The notes beneath the pieces were generated by a model. The model was given only the letters and a program-made list of their open reading frames with translations. It had not been told where the DNA came from and did no database searches. Made by a program: the position numbers and the translations under genes. DNA of 64,000 bases from Eledone cirrhosa (taxonomy: Eukaryota): assembly GCA_964016885.1 (NCBI GenBank), contig OZ024740.1, forward strand, positions 200,508,001 to 200,572,000. Direction: 5' to 3'. Below, piece after piece: positions 36,352 to 50,817 of this stretch. Positions within the stretch are counted from its first letter, which is position 1; each line of letters opens with the position of its first letter.

Positions 36352-39300
36352 GATCTCACTGCCAGCCAGCAAATGCACTACCCAAAGAGCCGGGCAACTT
36401 TCCATGTACGTCAAATACCATGCGTAACGTAAGCATGTACTGCGAGATGAACAAATAAAAATTAATACACAATACCAAATCACTTTTCCTATGGTTAATC
36501 AGGAAGCGCGTCCCTCAGGAAGGTGCCAACGTGAGATCGAAAAGTCTTCCTCTGGCACAAACTCTTCTCCAGTTATGGACCTGGATGGTCACTTGATCGG
36601 GGATTGCCCCAATTCGAGCCCTCCACATCCACCACCCAAACTACCTCAAAAAGAAAAATCTAAAAGGATGAAATGGACCCAAGAAGAGTATAAAGAAGTA
36701 ATATATGCATATTACTATGCATTAGGTAAGCCATCACAAGACACACACAGTTTAAACTCCTACAAAATCTGGAAAACTCGGAATCAAGCTAGCAGACGTG
36801 ATATGGATGGAAATAAGTTGGCAAATGTAAGGAGGTATATCTTCAGAAATAATATACTCACAGACACTGAACTAACTGCGATCAAGCAGCTGTGGAGAAT
36901 GACATAAATATAAATGATGAAAGAACTGAATAATCTCCTGGAGATAGTAGCCAGTCACAAGTTTTTACTGAGAGACCTCCATCTGTCCAAATCACAAATA
37001 GGTTTGTAGAAATGAGAAGCCCCATTGAACCCGCTGAAAATAACCAGGAGAAGGACTTAGAAACAGTAATTGAAAACCAAACATCTGCTGAAGAACACAG
37101 GGAGACTATGAAGGAATTAAAGCAAAAATACTGAATGAACTTGCAGTAGTAAGACATTCTAGTATAAATGATAGTGAAGCACTTCAAAAACTCCCAAATA
37201 CAATCCAAAATAGAAAACAAATAATTGTTTCTACTTTTGGCACAAGGCCAGAAATTATCCAGTACATTACTGGTACTTTATTTTATCGACCCCGTAAGGA
37301 TGAATGGCAAAATTAACCTCGGCGGGATTTGACTTTGCCAAAATAGAAAACAAATAATGATTGGTAATTCTGTGACAAAAGAAATCATAGAAGAACTAGA
37401 ACCTGATCTTACTGAGTTGAATGAAATCATGTATGTATCTGCTAGAGTAATTGAAACACAAAAAAAAACCAAAAAGTCGAACCTTCGAGGTAAACCAATT
37501 TGGAGGAGTAGAATCTCAAAGGAGATTGACGTAATGAGAGGAGAAATATCTCTATTGAGTGAATTAACCGCTGGAAATGATATAGGATCCAAGAAGGTAA
37601 GAAAGCTAAAGAGAAATTATGGAGTGTCTTCTAGAGAAGCAATAGTTTCAACAAAAGAATCTCTGAAACAAAAAGTCCAAGTAAAAGTCCAACAAATACG
37701 TAGATTCGAGAAGCGAAACAACCTTCTACAGGCAAAATAAGTTGTTCTCATCCAATGCCAAGGCATTTTATAGAGAAGTAGGGAAGAAAAAAATTATTAT
37801 TAGAGAAGTTGAAAACTTCTGGAGTAAGATATGGAGTGATGAGAAGACATATAATGCTAATTTAGATTAGATTAGTCGCCTGGAAAAATCCTACACAAAT
37901 TTAGAAGGACAGGCGTGGCAAGACATCTCTATAGCGGACTTAAGGACAGCACTCAATAAATCTCATGAATGGAAATCTCCCGGTAGAGACAGGGTGCCAA
38001 ATTTCTGGCTTTCCTCACTCCCGTACACTCACAATATATTGGTCAAGCTGTTTAATGGAATTATGAAAGATCCAGAAAATACACCTGATTGGATAGCAAG
38101 TGGCCTACCTTCTACCAAAGAACAACGAAACCAAACATCCAAAAAACTATCGGCCCATGCTTGTCCACCACTTATAAACTATTAACCTCTATTCTCATGG
38201 AAAAAGCATACGTTATTTTGGAGGAGAACAATCTTTTCCCTATTGAACAAAAAGAATGCCGACGACGTTCATATGGTTGCAAAGATCAACTTTTGATTAA
38301 TCGTATGATCCTTGAGAACTGTCATAATAAACACAGAAATCTCAGCTCTGCATGGATCGATTATGAGAAAGCCTTTGACAGCATACCACACTCATGGATT
38401 CTGAGATCACAGGACATCTTCAAAATCTCACCTGTGATCTCAAACTTCCTGAAACACGATATGTCATTATGGAACACAAATCTCCAATTGTCTCATTCCA
38501 CTGGGCTACTGTGCTCTAGGAATATAAACATCAACTGTGGTACATTCCAGGGTGACACACTTTCACCCTTGCTTTTCTGCATAGCTTTAATATCCCTTAC
38601 ATCCGAATTTAATAGAACAGGGTACGGTTATAGAATTGACAACAACAAAATAAGCCACCTATTTTATATGGATGATTTGAAGCCATACTGCAAAGGTAAT
38701 GTCGAACTGGAAGGACTTTTGCGGACAGTAAAAACGTTTAGCGATGACATCAGGATGGAGTTTGGACTTGACAAGTGTGCAAAGTCACTTTCAAGAAGAG
38801 GAAGCTTGTCAACTCATACTCAGTTGAATTGGATGCTGAAACAATCATAAAGGAACTTGAGCAGGAACAAACCTATAAATACTTAGGGATTAATGAGAGC
38901 TCTGGCATACAGCATGCAAGTATGAAAGAGAGGATAAGGAAAGAATGTTACAGGAGAGTACGTGCAGTTCTGAGATCAGAACTAAACACTCGTAACAAGG
39001 TGCTAGCCATAAATTCCTTGGCAGTCCCAATGTCACTAAATAGCTTCGGTGTGTTGAACTGGAATATGAGTGAAATCAAAAGGATTGACACCAAAGTCCG
39101 TATGCTACTGACCTTTAATAGGATGCACCACCCAAAAGCAGATGTGGATCGTCTTTACCTTCTTAGAACTCAAGGAGGCCGTGGCCTGATCCAATTTGAA
39201 CTTGCTTACAAGACCACCATCATTGGACTGGCCAAATACCTTGAAACAACTAACGAGTGTATGCTGAAACTTGTTGAAAAGCATGAGAGAAGTAAGAAGC

Positions 39301-40347
39301 TTCATTCTATATTGAAGGCTGGACAGACTAAATGCTGGACAGAATAAAGAAACTGTTGCAACTGATGCTGCTAGGCACATAAAATCACTGGCAAAAGCAA
39401 AAGGGCAAGGACAAATAGCATCAAATTGGGTGCAGAAACCTCTACATGGAAAATATGTTGCCCGTAGCAAACAAGCTGATGTTGACCATCAGAGGTTACG
39501 TAGTTCAGGGCTAAAGGCGAAGAGTGAGGGCTTCATCTTAGCTGCCCAAGATCAAATCTTATTGACTCGTAATTACCAGGCCAATGTGATGAGAAACGGA
39601 ATGAACCCAAAGGGCCGATTCTGCAATGCTGGATTTAAACAGTGGATCACTTAGTCTCTGGTTGTAATGTTTTAGCACCAGTAGAATACAAATATATACA
39701 TGACAGAGTTGGCCAATATCTACACTGGGTAATATGTCGGCATTACAAAATCAAAGCTGAAGACAAGTGGTACCATCATCACCCTGAGACTGTGTCTGAA
39801 GGAGAAAAAGTAACAATTCTCTGGGACTTTCCTGTACATACTGAGAGGACCATAAAAGCAAATAGACCTGACATCATTGTAAAAGATCAATATAACAAGG
39901 TCTGTTTATTGATAGATATGAGCATCCCATGTGATCACAATATCGCGGCAAAAGAATTTGACATGCTACGAAAATCTGCTTATTGAAATTGAGAAAATGT
40001 GGCACCTCAAGGCCGTTACAATACCAGTGATTGAGGGAGGACTGGGTATGATCAAGAAAGGAACAGAACAATACTTGCGAATGATTCCTGGTTTACCCTC
40101 TCTGCACGAGGTGCAAAAAATTGTTTTGACTGGTACTGCACACGTATTGAGAAGAGCACTATCTCTGTAAGATTGTATTTAATTATGCACATGCATATGT
40201 GTATAAACGTATACTGTTTGTCTTTTTTAATTATAATCAATGTGCTGTGTTAACTGGCTTACCAATGCACACTGAATTTATTTTCTCTAGGTGTCAGGAA
40301 GACACTCGGCATATATCTCAGAAACAATAATGAAATAAAATAAAAAC
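36352..40347 (+). mobile_element. Full-length degenerate Dong/R4-like element F
   Basis: ORF remnants 36491-40170: KRMKWTQEE, FQGDTLSP, FYMDD, RFCN..DHLVSGC, HDRVG, NRPDII..LIDMSIP (RLE). Ends in (AAT)5 at 40348-40362. Confidence 0.92.
37226..37337 (-). mobile_element. 5'-truncated SINE inserted in element F with a 21-bp TSD
   Basis: ccaaaatagaaaacaaataat at 37205-37225 and 37338-37358. Confidence 0.9.
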
Positions 40348-40362
40348 AATAATAATAATAAT

Positions 40363-43300
40363 GCTTTCTTTATTAACCACTAGGGTTTACACAAAGTAAG
40401 ACATTAAGGACAATACAGGACAATACAGGACGGTACAGATGGGCATTTCTGCGTGTAAAAACCATAAACATAGGATGTAACAAAAAAGAAGCAATGAAAA
40501 ATTATCCAATAGGAGGGAGATTCCGGGGGACATTCGTGGAGAAAGCCCATTAAAAAAGCCACGGTGACCCTGACCATCAGGGCAAGTGCCCTCTCCCAGT
40601 TTTCCACCTTTAATTTACAGGCACATACTAGGGCCATTCTTGCCTCTCTCAGCCATCTTTAAACAAAATGCTGGGAAGAGAGCACTTCCCTCTCTACCCT
40701 GATTTTTCTTTTCAAATGAAATTTGAAAAAGTTAATCACCGAAGAGGTAAGTGCTCGTCTTCAGCCCTTTCAAACGCGTCCAGCATACTATCTCTTTCAC
40801 CATGGCCACCAGGAAGATAAAAATTGCTGCCTTTCTTGGCTAAAGGGAGAGGGTGGGGCAATCCTCACGATGGACTCAGCTGATAGCCGGATGCGTCCTA
40901 CACGTGACAGCAGGAATTCGACATAAACCCACAAGTCAGCAATGCTCGGACACTGGACGAGTGCGGGCAGGACGGTTTCGTTGCCCTGCGTGCATCTCCT
41001 GCATGCCCGTTGACGGCACTTCCATGCCTGTAGAGTTTATCCCGAACTAGCTTCCTATCTGCCCATTTCTGGGTGAGAGAAGCCTCCCTGCTCGTCACCT
41101 CGTCCCAGATTTTTTCCGTCTGGAGATCCGGACCGAAACAGACCCCTAACAATTTAACCGGTCCGTCCGTCCAGCGCCCGACGACACTGTTGGACGGCAT
41201 GGACCTGCCTCTCAAGGTGCCGATCTGCAGGCCCACCGACTTTTCCTGGTTGATCATTGCTCATGTCACCGCTTCGTATTCTCTTAGTGTAGTGCCGATC
41301 GCCTCGATGCGTTTCGCGTTCGACACCACTACGGTGACATCGTCCGAATATACGGATCTTTCGCATCCTAGTTCGCGCGGGATCCCCCTCAACGTCTCCA
41401 GTTTGTGCAGTAATGGTTCGAGAGTCAATACGTACAGCAGGGACCAGAGGGGACATCCATGGCGGACCAAGAGCATGATGTTGATTGGTTCCGAAAGGTC
41501 ACCGTTCACTCTTACCACAGAGCAGATGTCGCTGTGCATGGCAGCGATCCAGCCTCTGAAGACGGGCCCAAAGCCAGCCGCCCTCAGGACTTTCGACATT
41601 CGAAAGCTTTCGACTGAATTAAATTGATGAAGGACCTACTCGTGCCAGGTTCCCTAGCTACGTTCTCCACGATGTATCGCATGAGGTGGAGGTTTTCGTG
41701 GATGGATCTGTTTGGAATGGCGCATGTGTGCGCCTCTTCCATCAGATCACCAACGACAAGCACCAACCTCTTTGCTAGCACCTTGGCCAAAATGTTGAAC
41801 TCTGTATTTAATAGAGTTGTGGGCCCGAAATTATCTGTTATACCCCTTGTTCGGGTCCTTTATCAGCAGCGCCACCGCTCCTCGGCTTACAGAGCTGGGA
41901 ATTCTCCCGTTCTGTTGCCAGTTGCAGTAGACGTCCACCAAGAGGCCTCGGACCAAGTCTGGCATGTGTACGTAAAGTTCATAGGACAGGCCATCCAAAC
42001 CAAGCGATTTACTCCTTGTGCAGCCAGTCATTGCCTCCCGTACTTCAGCGGCTGTTATCGGGGTTTCGCGGCAGTCCGTCGAGGTAGGCACTAAAGTCCA
42101 TCCTTCGATCCGGCCCACCGCTGCCCCGAAAAATCTAAGCGAAGTGTCGCTGAAAAGCTGCACACGTTTTCCCGGGAACGAGTAGCATGTGCCTGTCGTG
42201 GTCCACCAAAGACCGGATCGAGTATTTGTTGCCACGACGCGCCTTTTCCACTCGGGCCCATTGAACGGCTTTCGTCCCCTCGTGTCTGAGAGCACGCACC
42301 CTAGCTCTGACAACGCAGCCTTCGTGCTTTGCATTGAAGAATTGGTCAAGAGCCAATTTCGCCGCAAGTACGTCGTTCGCGATGCCTTTACTAAGCGCCT
42401 CGTCTAAATTTGTAACTAGTTTTCCCTCTGCTCTATTATTTTTCTCTATTTCTAAAGCCTTACTAAACCTAATGGACTCTATTCTAATCGCTCTTTTCAG
42501 AGCAAACCACCACTTGTTGTTGACGATGCGACCCTCCCCTTTCAAAACCCGCTTAACTAGTTCGCTAATCCAGTCTCTGTAGGCTCTGCGCGCTGTTAAC
42601 GACGCGTTTAGCTTCCAGTAGACGGGTCCCTGTCTATGAAGCCTATCCAAGTCAACCTCACAGATCACGAATTTGTGGTCCGTGTAGTCGACTATTTTGA
42701 AATGAAGACAACCTATGCTAGACCTATCTATTTCCCTACAAAATACCCTATCTAGATAAGATCTAGGTGACACGATGCGGTTTGTCCATGCCCACATTGG
42801 CACATTCGGGAAATCGAGACGGTACCTGTGAGATAGTTGAAACCGTCTGAGCAGGTTTGCGAGGCTTTTACACCATCCTCCCCTAACCGCTAATCCCACA
42901 CAGTCCCAGCGTGCATTTAAGATCCCGTTCCAGTCGCCCACTAAAGAGCCGGACGTTCCAAGAAAGGTCTACAGACGCCGGAAGGAATCAGGCCGCCCTG
43001 CTCTGTCGAGGCATAGACGGCCACTAGCCTGAAAGCTTTCCCGTCTCCACTGGTCAGGTCCAGCACCACCACCTTACCTTCTGGGTCCAGGAAGATGGCC
43101 CGTATGGCGAGATCGAAGCCTCTCCGAAAAAGCACAGCAACTCCTCCTCCCGATTCAAGACGGCTGGGTGATACGTATACATCGTAGCCGCCCAAGATCG
43201 GTGGGAAGGCTCGTGCTTCGGAGATTCTGGTCTCGCTTATGGCCACCACATCTATGTTTAGTGACCTGAGGTCGTTGAACAGTAGGCCCTGCTTCCATGA

Positions 43301-44757
43301 GGAACCCAGGCCACGCGCATGTATGCTGCTTATTCTGAGTAAGGTCGTGTTGAAAAGGAGTGCAAAAAGATGGGAAAACCCACTTACCTCACTTCTCGTG
43401 GAGGAAGGATGGTCTTTCCGTCCTTATCCCTGTTTGTGGCCCCCTCCGGAAGGATGACTTTATAAATCCTCCTTGAGAGTGTTTGTCGGAAGTCTCCGAT
43501 GTCCTTGGGGAATTTTAATGTTAGTGTCGTGTAGTTTTCTGTGTGATGCGAGTGATTTGTATGTGTGGAGGTGGTGTGAATTTTTGGGGTGTTTTTGTAG
43601 TCTTTTTCTGTGATGCTGGTGTTGTGTTGGATGTAGTGTAAAAATGTAATGCTGTGTACTGTGTATCGTCTTGGTTGCTTTGTTTTGTTTGCGTTTGTTG
43701 TGGGTTTGTTTCTGTTTAGATTGTTGGTGATTTTTGTGGTGTTGGTGATGGTAGTGTTCGGGTTAATGATGGTGATGGTGTTTGTGTTTGTGGTGATGGG
43801 GCTGGTGGTGCTTGTGTTGGTGGTGGCATAGCTGTCTTAACCTTTTTTTTTTTTTGTTTGTTTGTTTGTTTCACTCTGCATTTTGTTTTTGGAGGGCGAA
43901 TGAAGGAAGAGGACTTTTTCTTTTTGGGGTTCATTTTTTTTTTTTTCAGATACAGTTTCTAACTCCTCCTCGTCGTCACAATCTGTTTTCAGTTGCGATA
44001 GGTCAGGGAGTGGAAAATCCTTCACAGATGTTGGTTTTGGTTGTGGCGTAGTGGATGGTGGAGGCACTGGTGCTAATTCTGGCGCGGTTGGTGGTGGTAA
44101 GTGTTGGTTTTGCTACTGTTGCTGTACAGTTGCTGGGGTTGTTGCTGCTACTGTTGCTTCTGTTGTTGCTGATACAGTTGTTGTTGCCATTTCTGCTGCT
44201 GGTTTTGATGGTTGAGTCACTGCGGTGGGTAGGAGAGGTGGCCTCAACTTTTTAGCCTGATGGCAGAAAGCCTTTAGGTGGGTTCCTTCACCACAAACGT
44301 CACATCTAGGCATTCTACCGTCAACGATTACGGTGAGGTGGCTGCCGTCATTGAGGTCTATCACCTCTGGAATCTCCTACATGTTTTTTTGGTCCGCTTG
44401 GATCAGGAACTCCATCCCAGATCCGGACCAGTTCTCCTGCTTTACTTTTATTACCTCAATTACTTTAGTGTTGGCCTCGATCTCGGCGACGACGGCAGCC
44501 ATTAGCCAGGGAATTTCAATGGCCGGCGGAATGTGAATCACCCTGATCTTCGCGAGTCTCTGACCACAATAACTTGGAACGAGTGTGAACTCGTCACTTC
44601 TTAATGGGGCCATGGAGTGCTCTCTGGCTTCCTGTGGGATTCTATAGAACACGTCCACGGTTGCATATTTCTGCCCACGTCTGATGTGGGTTTTTTGCGC
44701 CCACACATGTCCCAAAGCTTTTTGTGTCTTGGACTCGGATGCCCGTTCCACTCGGCC
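40363..44757 (-). mobile_element. Tx1-like copy G (L-type ORF1, A-type ORF2), 5'-truncated, with internal deletions
   Basis: ORF1 remnants 44751-43384 (CDVCGEGTHLKAFC), ORF2 remnants 43340-40615, large deletion at about 41047. 3' end joins ATT repeats. Confidence 0.92.
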
Positions 44758-44899
44758 CTGAAAATTTCCCTATTACCCACTCTACTACCCTATATATCGA
44801 AGACTCTGATGCGTTATGGTCCATCTGGTTACTTACCTCACTTCTTTCGTTATATATATATAATGATTCTTTTCTTTTCTACTTTTTGTACGGTTACTC

Positions 44900-47300
44900 T
44901 AACATTTGATTGCTAGGTGAAGCGTATTAATCGAGTTCCAGGTCTCAGAGGCTGAATATATTGCGTGGGATTCTGGCAGTGCTAGTGATGGTAGAAATTG
45001 GGGCACTGTTTGTGAAGTTGCGGATTTAATGCTTTTTATGAAAGACGTAAAGCCTTTGGGGAGAATGGTTAGCGCCACAATGACGATTGGCACAACTTCT
45101 GTCTCAACATCCTGGTGGTCGGATCTAATAGCACCTGCAAGATCTGCTTACTTATTTATCTTTTCCATTTCTTTCTCAACCACATTGTGGTCTTAAAGGG
45201 TAGCAATATCAAATGGTGTCCATTTTGCTTTGTTATGCTTTTTTTTTTTTAAACAATATCAGAGCGGGTTCGTTGGACTTTGGTTTTGGTTTTCATCTCA
45301 ATGTCCTAAAAGAACTCTACTTCCTCATAAGTAGGATGCAAGAAGAGTATGTGTATCGAGATCGTAATGTTTGCACATATCCCAATGGAATCTTTTTGCT
45401 ATAAGTTCATATCTGATTTTATAACGGCTTTTTGCTAATGGATCACATCCACTAGCAATATATACCACATATTTGTCTACGTTATGGCATACTCCGCAAA
45501 GTGGGGATGAATATTGTCCATCGATGTTAGCTTTCTCCTAATTGGTTCTGAGTGTCTTGTCTTATATGGCAGTAATAATAGCCTCATTGTTTTTGTTTTT
45601 ACCAAACCTCACCTAAGCCAAATCCAAGACCTATAATCAGAATGTCTTTAATGACAGCTGGGGATTTTGCCTTGAAGAACTTTTTTCATTCCATGACTGT
45701 TCTTATTTCTCTCTAAAGGCTTTGCGTAGTGATTTTTCAGTTAATGTCAGAAAGTCCCACAGGCTATTACCCTCACTACGTACACATTGCTCAACCGAAA
45801 TTAAATATTTCCCACCTGTCATTATCTTATGGTACAGACCTTATGTGTGCATTTATCAATTCTTTGAAGGTCGTGTTTCGTCCAATCAACTATTCTAGCA
45901 CTATGCACCACTACCCCACAAAACCCACTGTTTTATTTCAGATATTAAATTTCCTGCATACAGTTTTGATTTGGACAATTTTCTCACTCTCCTGATATAT
46001 TCCTTTTCTATTACTTCCTTTATTTCGCCTGTTCTAATTCCTTGATCTTGCAACATGCCGAAGTATTTCTCTCTTCAATTTGTGACATTTTTTCATCATC
46101 AGTCATTTCAATATGATCGATCTCAAATCAAATTGCCCTTTTTTATTGACAATCTTTTGCACTTGTCCAAACCAAACTTCATGCCTATGTCATTTACAGT
46201 TCTCAGTGTGTGTAAATGAAGTTTTCTTTCATTTCGTTCATACAACTAAATAGTCCCCGAACAATAGAATTTTATAGACATGGACTCTTTTGACATGTGA
46301 TATCAACAATTTGTTTCTGTAAGAACAAGCGTAAGGGGAAACAGTATAATGATAAATAACAAATGTGATAATGAATCCCCTTGAAAAATTCCTCGTCTGA
46401 AGAGAACATTTAGAACTTCATTACCAGATGACAATTCCGTTCTCAACTGCTACGTGCTATTGAACATGTCCTTGATGTTATCCGCTACACCTACAAGATT
46501 GAGGGTTTCCTTTAACCAAAAGTGGGTACCCATGTCGTCGGACTCCTTGTAATCTATGAAATCAATTGTGAAATTTTTATTCATATTTATTTACTGTTCC
46601 TTAGAATAGCAAATTAAAAACTGGTCTTTTGTGACCACGGAATTTCTCCGACACATTTTCTGCTCATTTTGGAGGAGATTCGCCTCTTTGAGATGCCTAC
46701 AGCCTCAAGATCATAATTTTATTCAAAGTCGCTATTTCTTTAGAAGCCAGATTAGGATTTCCCTTCTTTAGTTCTTCCAGGGGACTAAAATATTTTTTAT
46801 AGTCTATGATGTTTCTCTCAATTCTACGTGTACATAATGGAGCTTCTATATTTCCTGGTGTGCCTTGTTTGGGGGTTTTAACACCCAGTATGTCGGCAAC
46901 TAATAATGCTGCAGTCGTAATGAGCATATGTGTTCCAATAATGCTGTTGTGTTTTACATTACCAATAATCTTGTTCACTGATTCTATCTTAGCTTTGATG
47001 TTATCCTATGGGATGTCTTTCATAGACGGGATCACCGGTTGTTAATCTCTTTGATATCTGTTAACCTTGATAATAAATTCCTTTCATGTTCAGTCAACCC
47101 TCTGATATTGCCATTTTCATTATCGATGTTGAACCTCTGGAGTATCCCCATCGGTTCGGATGGATGCGAAGGCATTGTATCCCGTACTTCCTCGACTCCA
47201 ATGATATTTCATTTTATAGCAAGTTCTTTTGACTCACCAACCGAGTCCCAATCTTCCAGATCTTTGTTCACCTCATTATTCAAAACATCATTGCTTGGTT
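44900..47300 (-). mobile_element. Highly degraded Dong/R4-like element
   Basis: NDIGMKFGLDKC at about 46160-46195, RGIFQGDSLSHLLF at about 46355-46398, RLE-like region about 44950-45290; boundaries approximate. Confidence 0.7.
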
Positions 47301-48819
47301 CTATTGTTTATAACCTGAACAACCAACCTTTGCTACGACGGACTTCAGATGTTCATTTGCATTCTTCGTTAGCGCAAAGTTTGCTGTGCGTTTCTTTGAT
47401 TGCGCCTGCATTTGCGTTAATGTCTGCGTTTGTTGATACGTATGATTTATTTTTCTAGTTTTTCCATGTTCTACTTGTGGTATAGTTGTTCCCTAATGCG
47501 ATGTTCGCGTTGGAGGTGCTCTAGCTGGTGATGTGACTGTGTTTTGTGTGGGTATGTTTTGATGCTTTTTTTTCTGGAGTGTGTGTTGGAATGGTGCAGT
47601 ATGTTGTTTAGTTTTTTTTTCGCTTTTTTGTTTAGCGTTTTAAGTTTTGGAATTTACCCTCTTCTTCCCTGCGAGAAGCGGGAACATCCTTATTTAAAAT
47701 GAATCCTATATATTCAAATTTCCCCACTTCAAGTTTGTCTCCGTTCAGCATAACGTTTGTTGCTGAATTCTTCCTCTTTTCTGAGTTGATCCAATTCCGT
47801 ATACTGCTGACATTCTCCCCGTCTAATTGTAAGTTTCAGGAGTATTCCTTCAATGCTTCCTTGCATATATTTACCGAAGTGTCTCCTCCATGATATTCTC
47901 GAGAAAAATGTTGACAAATTAAGTTTCATGCTCACAGACACGTGGAGCAAGTAGAAAAAAGTGTCGACCTTATGAACGTGAGATGAAAACCGTAACCAAG
48001 CGCGCTTTCATACACACACACACATCAGCAAGCAATATTAAGAATATATAGATATAGTGGGGGTTTTTTGGTTATAATTCTCTCTTTTTAGAGTTAATGA
48101 GCTTCTAAAAACGGTAAAAAACCGAAACCTTATAGAACAAAGAACAATAAAAAAGCGCAAAGAATAAAAATAAATAAGCACAACATATTTTCCAATGAAT
48201 ATAGAATTAATGAAATAACAATGGTCTTTTCGTAAAGATTTGTTATTACTGCATGAATGTGATAGTTACAACCATTCCTACCAACCCACTGACTGACAAT
48301 TGGTCAGAATATAATCAAAATCGTTTTATGGAACCATCTCTAAATGAAAGTTGATTGATATTCTTCAGGGGGAGTAATTATCTCAAAATCACTACAGAAT
48401 AAGTCTACAATAGATGTGTTGACTGTTTGGCTATATGTAATTATATTTGTTTATATATATAGGTGGCTATTGGACAGTATCGATAGAGCGTGTCATTAAA
48501 AGCCTCAGTATTTTTTCCGGCTTTCTGCGTTCTTGTTTCAAATCCCGCCAATATGAAATTTCCAATTCATCCTTTCGGGTCCAGTAAATAAAGCAGCTGT
48601 CAGTGGTAATGGATTCATTGAGTTGTCAAATTATAGGGCAGGATTCTTTGTGATATCTGATCAGCCTCTGCGCGTTCTATATTTAAATCACATATCGTTT
48701 GGTCAGCGCAGACTTGGCAACCGGTATATAGCATTACCACTGGAAACATAGGTTCCTTGGTTCGATCTGGTCATTAGCTACTTTCGCTTCCTGGTTATAT
48801 TTGGAAGCAGTCAAGCAGA

Positions 48820-48962
48820 TAATGCACTACTGGTACTTTATTTTATCGACCCCATTATGGACTGGAAGGCAATCTAATCTCTGTGGGATTTGAACTCAGA
48901 GTGTAAAGGAACGTAACTCTGTGCCGCAAAGCATGTTGACCGACGCTCTGCCGATACTGCAA
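48820..48962 (-). mobile_element. Degenerate SINE (35031 family); another degenerate copy on + at about 48462-48610
   Basis: tggtactttattttatcgacccc...gggatttgaactcaga...ccgatactgc. Confidence 0.7.
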
Positions 48963-49508
48963 GTCTACTTTCACAATAATACAAAACGGATTGTACTTAT
49001 AATTGAAAGGTCCAGTCATGTAACACGATGTGACGTGCTGAATTTCTTTGGGGATTATGTTAATGATGCGCGTCTCTGCGGAATATTCAACTATTCAAAA
49101 TATAAGATAGTCTGTTCAATGTGTCTTGCTCAAGGACACAACGCACTGCCGGAAAGATTTTTTCTGTTGAAATAACAAGGACGCTCATCGTCAAATAGGA
49201 AAGATCTCTATTTCGAGCTATTCAATATACGGAACATCTCAACTATTTCCAAAGGTTAATGCTAAAATGTGATATTTCATGTGGCCCTAATATCTCTGCG
49301 TTGAAAGTAGCATTAAGAGTACATAATAATTACAGTGTATTCTGCTTGGCTGCAATTTCCATATCAATTGTATAAAGAAGAAAATTATAGTCTGCTGTAG
49401 TCTAGCTGATGTACACGGCAGACATTTTCAGAAACCATGGCGATTGGCTATCGCATCTATAATTTTTATAATTTTTGTTTTTGCTCATTATTTCCTCCAT
49501 TATAATGT

Positions 49509-49575
49509 CTTCTTCTTCTTCTTCTTCTTCTTCTTCTTCTTCTTCTTCATCTTCTTCTTCTTCTTCTTCTTCTTC
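49509..49575. repeat. (TTC)n microsatellite
   Basis: Direct reading. Confidence 0.95.
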
Positions 49576-49580
49576 CTCTT

Positions 49581-49757
49581 GGTGTATTGGCAGTATCGGC
49601 AGAGAGTCGGACACCATGCTTTTCAGCATAGTTACGGCTCTTTAGGATCTGAGTTCAAATCCTATCGAGGTTAACTTTGCCTATCATCCTTATGGGGTCG
49701 AAAAAATAAATTACCAGCAATGCACTGGGTAATTACTGGCCTTCTGCCAAAAGTAGC
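49581..49757 (+). mobile_element. SINE (35031 family)
   Basis: ggtgtattggcagtatcggcagagagtcgg...gagttcaaatcc...ggggtcgaaaaa. Confidence 0.85.
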
Positions 49758-49767
49758 CCCAATTGTT

Positions 49768-50797
49768 TTCCTTGGCGGTGAACAGATGTGCTCGCCGTTT
49801 GCCAGACACGCTTTTCCCCAAGTCCTTGACGTAGCTGCAATCCTGGATCAGAAACAGACCGAGGGATAGCGCTAGGAAGCTGGAATGTCTCCCCGCGCTC
49901 ACTGCCCTCTACCAGCTGGGCACTGATATCGGTGGGACATCCACCTTGGCGTTCTATAGAGGATTAGTGGAGGAGAAGGGCGACGACGTTCACGGGGAGA
50001 CCCTGGACGTCGAACACGATCAGCTGTTTGCTCTATTCAAGAGAACTTTCAGTCGGGGACCTATGAATAAGTTACAGAAATATCTGGCTTGGCAGAGCTC
50101 CCGGGGAGCGTGGCCTGTTCGGGATAAGCTCTACAGGCACGGAAGTGATGTCAGCCGAGCCTGTTCGAGATGCGCACAGGACGACGAAACCGCCCTGCAC
50201 GCACTCGTTCAGTGCCCGAGAATTGCCTACTTGTGGAGCTAAGTGGAACAGTTGCTGTCGCGTATAGGACTGATCCGGTTCTCGACTGAGTCCATTGTGC
50301 AGATATCCCCGGCAACCTCCTTTAAAGAGAGGAAGGGCAAGCAGTCTTCATCTGCCTGGTGGCCATGACGAAAGAGATTGTGTGTTGGACAAGGTTGAAG
50401 GGGTTGAAGACGGACACTTTCCATTCCGGCCAATCCCTGATTAACTTTTTCAAGTTTCACTTGAAGAGGAAAATCAGGGTGGAAAGGCAAGTGCTGTCTT
50501 CTAGTAAGTTTGTTAAAAGGTGGGTGAAAGTGGCGAATCTGGTCCTAGTTAACACCTGTAGACTGAGGAGTGGGAAAATTGAGAGACGGCGCTTGCTCTG
50601 GTGGTCAGGGTGGCCGTGGTCTTTTGTGTGGTTCTCGCCAAGAGTGACCCTCGGAGGCTTCCCCCTTATTGGAGAATTTTTTCTTGTTTGAATTTGAATT
50701 TATTTTACACGTTTCTGTCTTTTATAACCTTTTGTATTGTCCTGTGCAGTCTGTAATGTTTTTCTTCATGTTAGCCCTTATGGCCAATAAAGAAACC
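49768..50797 (+). mobile_element. 5'-truncated Tx1-like copy H (further subfamily)
   Basis: AFYRGLVE, PVRDKLYRHG, CSRC..ETALHALVQC. Ends AATAAAGAAACC + ATT repeats. Confidence 0.9.
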
Positions 50798-50817
50798 ATT
50801 ATTATCACTATTATTAT

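Noticed and set aside
47680-47900. Possible RT thumb remnant (LNGDKLEVGKFEYIG, minus strand)
   Set aside because: A single short motif without supporting neighbours.
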